Position numbers and translations under genes: made by a program. The notes beneath the pieces are model-generated. The model saw only the letters and a program-made list of their open reading frames with translations, was not told the DNA's origin and did not search any database. A DNA stretch of 64,000 bases from the human T2T-CHM13v2.0 reference genome, Homo sapiens, in the NCBI RefSeq assembly GCF_009914755.1, contig NC_060941.1; one strand, given 5' to 3'. Positions within the stretch are counted from its first letter, which is position 1. Every line of letters begins with the position of its first letter. Shown piece after piece: positions 48,433 to 64,000 of the stretch.

Positions 48433-49485
48433 TATCGGGGAACTTGCCCCGATAGTCACATAGGTTCTTTTCTATTTTCCTAAGCGTCGACTGGCTTGAC
48501 AGAGTACAAAAGAGAGAAATTTTAAAGCTGGGCGTCCGGGGGAGACATCACACGTTGGTAGGATCCGTGATGCCCCACAAGCCACAAAAACCAGCAAGTT
48601 TTTATTAGGGAGTTTCAAAAGGGGAGGGAGTATACGAATAGGTGTGGGTGACAGACATCAAGTACTTAACAGGGTAATAGAATATCACAAGGCAAGTGGA
48701 GGCAGGGTGAGATCACAAGACCACAGGACCAGAGCGAAATTAAAATTGCTAATGAAGTTTTGGGCACCATTGTCATTGATAACATCTTATCAGGAGACAG
48801 GGTTTTGAGATCAACCGGTCTGACCAAAATTTATTAGGTGGGAATTTCCTTTTCCTAATAAGCCTGGGATCGCTATGGGAGACTGGAGTTTATTTCACCC
48901 CTGCAGTCTCAACCATAAGAGACAGGTACGCCCCAGGGGGGCCAGTTCAGAGACCTACCCCTAGGTGCGCATTCTCTTTCTCAGGGATATCCCATGCTGA
49001 GAAAAAGAATTCAGCGATATTTCTCCCATTTGCTTTTGAAGGAAGAGAAATATGGCTCTGTTCTGCCCGGCTCACCGGCGGTCAGAGTTTAAGGTTCTCT
49101 CTTGTTCCCTGAACAATTGCTGTTATCCTGTTCTTTTTTCAGGGTGCCCACATTTCATATTGCTCAAACACACATGCTGTACAATTTTTGTAGTTAACAC
49201 AATTATTACAGGGTCCTGGAACGATATACATCCTCAACTGACAGGATTAAGAGATTAAAGACAAGACAGGCATAGGAAATCAGAAGAGTATTGACTGGGG
49301 AAGTGATAAGTGTCCATGAAATCTCTACAATTTATGTTTAGAGATTGCAGTAAAGACAGGCATAAGAAATTACAAAAGTATTAATTTGGGGAACTAATAA
49401 ATGTCCATAAAATCTTCACAATCCACGTTCTTCTGCCATGGTTTCAGCCGGTCTCTCTGTTTGGGGTCCCTGATTTCCCGCAACA
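48433..49485 (-). mobile_element. MER11-family solo LTR (HERV-K11/HML-8) in ATP5PD intron 1
   Basis: Minus strand begins TGTTGCGGGAAATCAGGGACCCC and ends CCCCGATA; perfect 6-bp target-site duplication TCAGTG (48427-48432 and 49486-49491); 1053 bp. Confidence 0.9.
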
Positions 49486-49530
49486 TCAGTGGAAAATGGA
49501 AGTCACAAATAACTTTGTGTGTGTGTGTGA

Positions 49531-49794
<264 letters not shown>

Positions 49795-50356
49795 TGAGCC
49801 ACCGCGCCCGGCGAAATTTTTTTTAATTCTTAAAAATCTATTGCTTAATCCCCAGCGCCTAGAACAGATCATGCGCATAGGAGGTGCTCAATGAATCTTT
49901 CTTGAATGAGTAACCGAACTCTGCACCCGAGGAGCCCTGAACGCTCTATACGTTCGAATCCTGGAAGCTGCCGAAGGGGAAGGGCGCAGCCCCGCAGCCA
50001 GCTGAGCGTCCCTCGGCAGGTTAACACTGTCTGCGTAATGTTTCCCCAGTCCCCCCACCAAACTATTGAAGTCTGCCGCGCTGGGAGCGGACTGCACGAG
50101 ACACGGCTTGTGGCAGCGCCTACATCAGCGGCGCCTGGGACACAGCCGGGCCCCCCTGACCCCGCGCGCCAAGGAGGGCTGAGGAAGGGATCGCGGGGCG
50201 AGGAGCGGCAGCTACACAAGGGACACTCTGCCAGCGGGGCAAGCCGAGGGCCCAGCGTCCTTGACGGGGGCGTGACAAGGGTCGGCGTGAGGTTTGGAGA
50301 GGGCAGAGCAGAGGAGCCCTCCAGGGATCGGATCCAATGCCCCAAGCCCCACTCAC

Positions 50357-50415
50357 CTTCACCGACCCTGGCTGCCCACGGTCCTCCGCAGCAAGTAACG
50401 GAAGTGGGTCACGGG
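50357..50415 (-). other. ATP5PD: ATP5PD non-coding exon 1 (transcription start approximate)
   Basis: Strong donor GAAG|gtgagt on the minus strand at 50357 inside the CpG island. Confidence 0.8.
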
Positions 50416-50690
50416 AAGATCTTTCCTCAGCCAACCCCAAAGCCAAGGGGGTGGGCCTTGCTTCGCAGATCAGCCAATAGAGATGAGGGCTGGTTCCGGA
50501 AGTATCTTCCCGGGGGCGGGCACAGCGCCTCCCCCGCGCGGGTCCCCGGGCGCTGGTTGGGGGCGCTCCCGTCCCTCTCCCCTCTGCCCCACCCCCGCCG
50601 ATGGGCCGGCCCGGCTCTCCCTGCCGAGAAATGGGCCGGCCCGGCTGCGCGCGGGCAGCAGCGGTGGCGGCGGCGGTCCAAGATGGCGGA
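50400..50690. promoter_or_regulatory. Bidirectional CpG-island promoter of ATP5PD and KCTD2
   Basis: CCAAT 50474-50478, ETS/GABP CCGGAAGT 50496-50503, GC box 50513-50520, YY1-type AAGATGGCGG overlapping the KCTD2 ATG; head-to-head genes under 300 bp apart. Confidence 0.85.
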
Positions 50691-51021
50691 ACTGCAGCTG
50701 GACCCGGCGATGGCGGGGCTGGGAGGGGGCGGCGGGAGTGGGGTGGGCGACGGGGGTGGCCCAGTCCGCGGGCCCCCCAGCCCACGCCCGGCTGGCCCCA
50801 CGCCCCGCGGGCACGGCCGCCCGGCTGCCGCCGTCGCGCAGCCGCTGGAGCCGGGTCCCGGACCACCCGAGCGGGCAGGGGGCGGCGGCGCGGCCCGCTG
50901 GGTCAGGCTGAACGTGGGAGGCACCTACTTCGTGACCACCAGACAGACCTTAGGCCGGGAGCCCAAGTCATTTCTCTGCCGCCTCTGCTGCCAGGAGGAC
51001 CCGGAGCTGGACTCAGACAAG
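50683..51021 (+). CDS. KCTD2: KCTD2 exon 1 (BTB/POZ, CUL3 adaptor family)
   Basis: aagATGG Kozak; [18 protein letters not shown]...[41 protein letters not shown]|gtgtgc. Confidence 0.95.
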
Positions 51022-52651
51022 GTGTGCCCCGCCCTCGGGCGCGCCCCCGGGCCTTCGAACCCCCTGGTTTCTCGTAGATCGGTCCCCAGAGTCCTGAGAC
51101 ACGCTCCTCACAGGCAGCCCCCTCAGGCCGGGACCCCATCCTCCCCCTCCCTCCCACACTACTCGCAGGGGCCTCAGAGGGACCTCCCACTCCCCTTCTT
51201 CCATGCTGAGGCATACTCTGGCTTTCTCCCCGACCCCGCCCTTCGTTCCCTGAGACTCCTTCCCACACTGCGCCCACCTGCACCCACGAGAACGCACTCC
51301 ACACCCCTTCTCCATATTCTCTGCCCCTGACATCCCACTGAGATCTGCATGAGTTTTCCCTGGCTCCTCTTCAGTCCCCCCACTGCCGGTGCCAGATGCA
51401 TCCAGAACTGGGTCAGGGTTAGCTCAGGCATCCTTGTAGCTTTCTCAGACTCCCTCTCGGACCCCTCTGCCAAGTTGGGCTTCCACAGCTGCAGGAAGCG
51501 CTCCTTGTGATATCACACTGCTTTTCTATAGTCCTGGTCGCAGAACTTTTATCTGTTAACAGTCACTGGTTTAGGTCCATATTTAGATCAAATGCGTTTT
51601 TTGGAAAGAGGTTACTGTTTGCCGCTGCAAATCTAGGCTAAGACAGAAGGAAAATGAAAATTTTCCCGGGAAAATTTTGGGCAGGATGCATGGCTGCTAA
51701 CCAAAGGGTTGAGAGGTGACAAGACACTTAAACCATTTCCAGTTTGAACTGTGTCAATTTCTTTTTAACTTTACGTATTCACCTTTAAGTTCTCAACTTA
51801 AAGGCACTGACCATAACTCACACCATCTTATATCCCATATAGCACTCAGCTGGTGACCTCAAAACAGAGCTGGAGTTGCGTAAACATTTGTTGTTTTCGT
51901 TTATTCCTCTTCTCTAAGAAATCTCAGATTGATGGAAACCTATCCTGCCCTAACTTTAAAGAGATTTCAAAACCCTTGCTTATAAAGGAATTATTTTTAT
52001 CTACTCTATATCCTCCTTGTGGTAATAGAAGCCAGTTTCTTCTTGTTCCTTTTACTGTAAAGATGAGTAGGATTAAAGCTGCTCAGAGCCAAGTCCTGGC
52101 AGTACCGAGCTTCCTCTGGGCACAGAGCTGGGGTGTGTGAGATTACAGCTGGCAGTGCAAACTCCCACTGATGTTGGCCTTGAGCTCAGGAGCATTGCCA
52201 ACTACACAGAGGTTTTCTTGGAATTAGGAATGCAGTTCAGAGGCAGTGGAAAAGTCAGAATGTCCATCTCAAGCAAAGATTTCAGTTACACAGCTACGGC
52301 ATTTTCTCCCTTTCTTAATAACAAACACGCTACAGAAGAATGTTTGTCACTGTAATTATTGTCCAGGCAAAGATTGCAAATTCCAGCCAGTAAGTAAACG
52401 CCTAAATGAGTATGACTGTCTGTAACACCCTACCTAAGATGATCTTAATGTACAAGATACATAAAGCTATAGCTTTCTTACCAATAGTTTGTGACAAATG
52501 TGTAACAAAATTTGCCATCACTAAAGTCTTTTTTAGCTGATGGAATGAATTGTTGTCTTGGGGCGCTGACAAAGATGGTGAAATCCTGCCCTGCCTTTGT
52601 TTAAAATACTCCTCAAAGGTCCACAATGATACCCTTGTGTTTGGTTGGCAG

Positions 52652-52760
52652 GATGAGACAGGAGCCTATCTGATTGACAGGGACCCCACCTACTTTGGTC
52701 CTATCCTCAACTACCTCCGCCACGGGAAACTCATCATCACTAAGGAGTTGGCAGAAGAAG
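52652..52760 (+). CDS. KCTD2: KCTD2 exon 2
   Basis: ggcag|GATGAG...GAAG|gtaagc; [36 protein letters not shown] (BTB core). Confidence 0.96.
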
Positions 52761-53642
52761 GTAAGCGCACTGTTTGCATTGGGGATTTTCAAAATGCAAG
52801 TAGAATCTTTAAAGTTGTTTTACAGATTTCAATTTTGTTTGACATTTTCATCAGGCGCATGTGCAGGTATAGTTTCAGGTTTATGAAACAGAGCAGAAAC
52901 TACCAGTCTTGTCTGAGGGAGTCATGATTAAGGAAGCCTCCTTAGGCTTTGTTCAGCTTCCTGGGTGAGAAGGAAGATAGGTAGCTCCGCTTTGCAGATA
53001 ACTTCAGGAGTTCTTTCCGAATCTCCAGAATTGTCACGATCCTTTTTTTACATTTGTTTGTGTGCTAGCAGTGAGTGTCTGTAGTCTGAAGAAGCAAGAC
53101 ATCTCTGACATTCAATTATTTATAGTTTTAATTTTGGTTTGAACTCACAGTTGTACAAAAATAATAAAGGCTTGGCCTCATTTCTTTTAAGACTCTGGCC
53201 TCATGCTTCCCTGTAAATGTTTGCAGCTGACCTAATTCATTCTCTAGTTCATTGTCAGGTGTATCATTACTTGCCTCATCTTTGTGGTTTGTAGGGCATT
53301 GGGACTATAAGTGGGTCTAGTCCACTTTCTACAAGGCTTGGCATGGTCCCACTGAAGGCATTCAGTTGTAAAGGGGACTGTCCCTAAATCCAGGGCACCC
53401 TGATCTGGGAGCTTTGGCTCTGAGTAAGAAAGCTTGTAATGGCTGTACTAGTTAATGAAGTGACTGTGAAACAACTCTGTTTCAGCTAGTAGAAAGAGGA
53501 ATTGCTCTCTCTCTCTTTTTTTAAATGTCCCTTTTTAAACAATATTTCAAACGCATACAGAAGTAATGGGAATAGTACATACAGTGAATTCCTTGCATCC
53601 ACTATCCAGCTTCAACAATTACCAACTCATGGGTGATCTTAA

Positions 53643-54112
<470 letters not shown>

Positions 54113-54289
54113 AGTATCTTTTCTAATGCCTTTAATTAAAAAAACTTTATTTTGAAGTAATTTAAAACTTCAAAATAAGCAAGAAAAGAGCAAGAATAAC
54201 ACAGAGAACTCCCTATATCCCAGATTAACCAATTTTCAATGTTATTTTTGTCATATTTGGGGTATGGGGAGATCTTTTTGTTGTTTTTT

Positions 54290-62578
<8,289 letters not shown>

Positions 62579-62940
62579 TTATTTTTGACTTGGGGAAATG
62601 GATTAAATCTAAGTTTGTTGGCATAGTTGCTCAAGCATTCATCCCTCTGAAGTTCAGAATTATTTTACCTTTTTTATTCTTTCACTCTTTGGATATGTTT
62701 TTATTGAAAAGCCACAGTATGCTGGCTTGTGGTCACTTAAAAAGAAAAACATTTTTTAAAGAGAAGGGAAAAAAAGAAACGCCACAGTACTATTTGTAAA
62801 AGGGGATAGTGGGTGGCTGCCAAGAAAAGATTTCCAAGCAAACTCCTTTTCAGTGTTTATTCATTTGAAGAGCCTCCTTGGGGCAGCTGCAAACTGTGGT
62901 GTCCTTGGTGCTGTTCTCAGTCTGCGCCTGGTCATTGCAG

Positions 62941-63036
62941 GGCCCCGTGAAGCACGTGTACAGAGTCCTGCAGTGTCAGGAAGAAGAGCTCACGCAGATG
63001 GTGTCCACGATGTCCGACGGCTGGAAATTCGAACAG
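62941..63036 (+). CDS. KCTD2: KCTD2 exon 4; gene continues beyond the window
   Basis: ttgcag|GGCCCC...GAACAG|gtacat; [32 protein letters not shown] (KCTD2/5/17 C-terminal domain). Confidence 0.95.
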
Positions 63037-64000
63037 GTACATCTCTTAACAGAGCAGCAATCCCAGGCCCCGTTCAAGGGGTCTGCAGCTCTTCAAACAA
63101 TCAGTGTGGATGGCCAATTAATAACCACGGGAGACGGCTACGGCCAGGTGGGATCCTATTCCAAAACATGGGCAAAGAGCCATTTGGTGGGCACTGCTGG
63201 CCTAGTGGTGCGTGAGGAGTTGGGGAAACAGAGGAGCATCATGTCTTAGCTTCACACGCAGACTTTCCAGGGGAGCCAACGAGCAGTTTAGGCTTGAAGT
63301 GCCTCAAAGCCTTTGGTTTTTGTTCCCTCACAGGGATCGTAGAATGAGTCCCTAAAGGAGACTGGGATTCGACAACAATCCTTCCATTTCTTTTCCCAGG
63401 GTCAGAACTTTTTGGTTCTGAATGTCTTATGTAATCCACCGTGAAGAGCTTGGTGAACAGCTGTGCTAGGAAGGATCAGGCGCCATGGGAAGTGTGGTGC
63501 GGCCGTTTCCCCTACTTCTCTCCGCCTCGTGCTTACGACTGAGCTATCAAAACAAAGCTATGACAGTTGGAGCTTCACTGTTCTCCTCCATTAGATGGCA
63601 GACTTGTTAAATTCTGTTGCCTTCAAAACATAGGAAGGCCAGAGCGAATAGAGTAAATACAATTTTTTTTTTTTTTGGAAAGTCAAATCCCTTTCTTCAT
63701 TCCATCCCTTTTAGACATGGCATTTAAAACAGACATTGCTACATCACTAACTTCCCACAAGCTGTGGTGTCCACTGGAAAAATGTAGTCCTTGATATTTC
63801 TATTTCACATTCAAGTGATCCTCTGCCACTTATTAACTGGTTCACTTCAATTTCAAAAAGCCAAAAAAGTCCTCTAACATAAGCCTTCCAAGGTGATACT
63901 TTCAGAAACCAGGGTTGGAACTAACCAGACAACAGCGCGACAGCCAAGACCAGCTGCTCTTGATGCCCTTTTCACTTCTGTGTTGTCCTGGTTGAAGTTG

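Overview
Alu-dense primate (almost certainly human, 17q25.1-type) genomic DNA. In order it holds: the last four coding exons and 3'UTR of CDR2L (+); complete MRPL58/ICT1 (+, 6 exons, 206 aa, GGQ peptidyl-tRNA hydrolase); a decayed env-less HERV-K provirus (LTR14A/HERV-K14, HML-1-like, 26300-34268) with four nested Alus and a nested LTR12; an Alu-split U6 pseudogene; a CpG-rich cluster of three intact tRNA-Arg genes (CCT, CCT, TCG) plus a fourth decayed copy; complete ATP5PD/ATP5H (-, 161 aa) with a 7SL pseudogene and a MER11 solo LTR in its introns; and exons 1-4 of KCTD2 (+) sharing a bidirectional promoter with ATP5PD. Exon boundaries were read from GT/AG sites and checked by frame arithmetic. 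Gene and repeat names come from recognition, not from a database search. I found no convincing new multi-gene system. The most notable observations are (1) a perfect 39-bp duplication of the ATP5PD exon-4 splice acceptor that creates a competing stop-containing acceptor, (2) a tRNA-Arg pseudogene whose anticodon arm has become a perfect CRE palindrome, and (3) a compressed second pol skeleton plus an extra polypurine tract and LTR-like stub where the provirus env should be.
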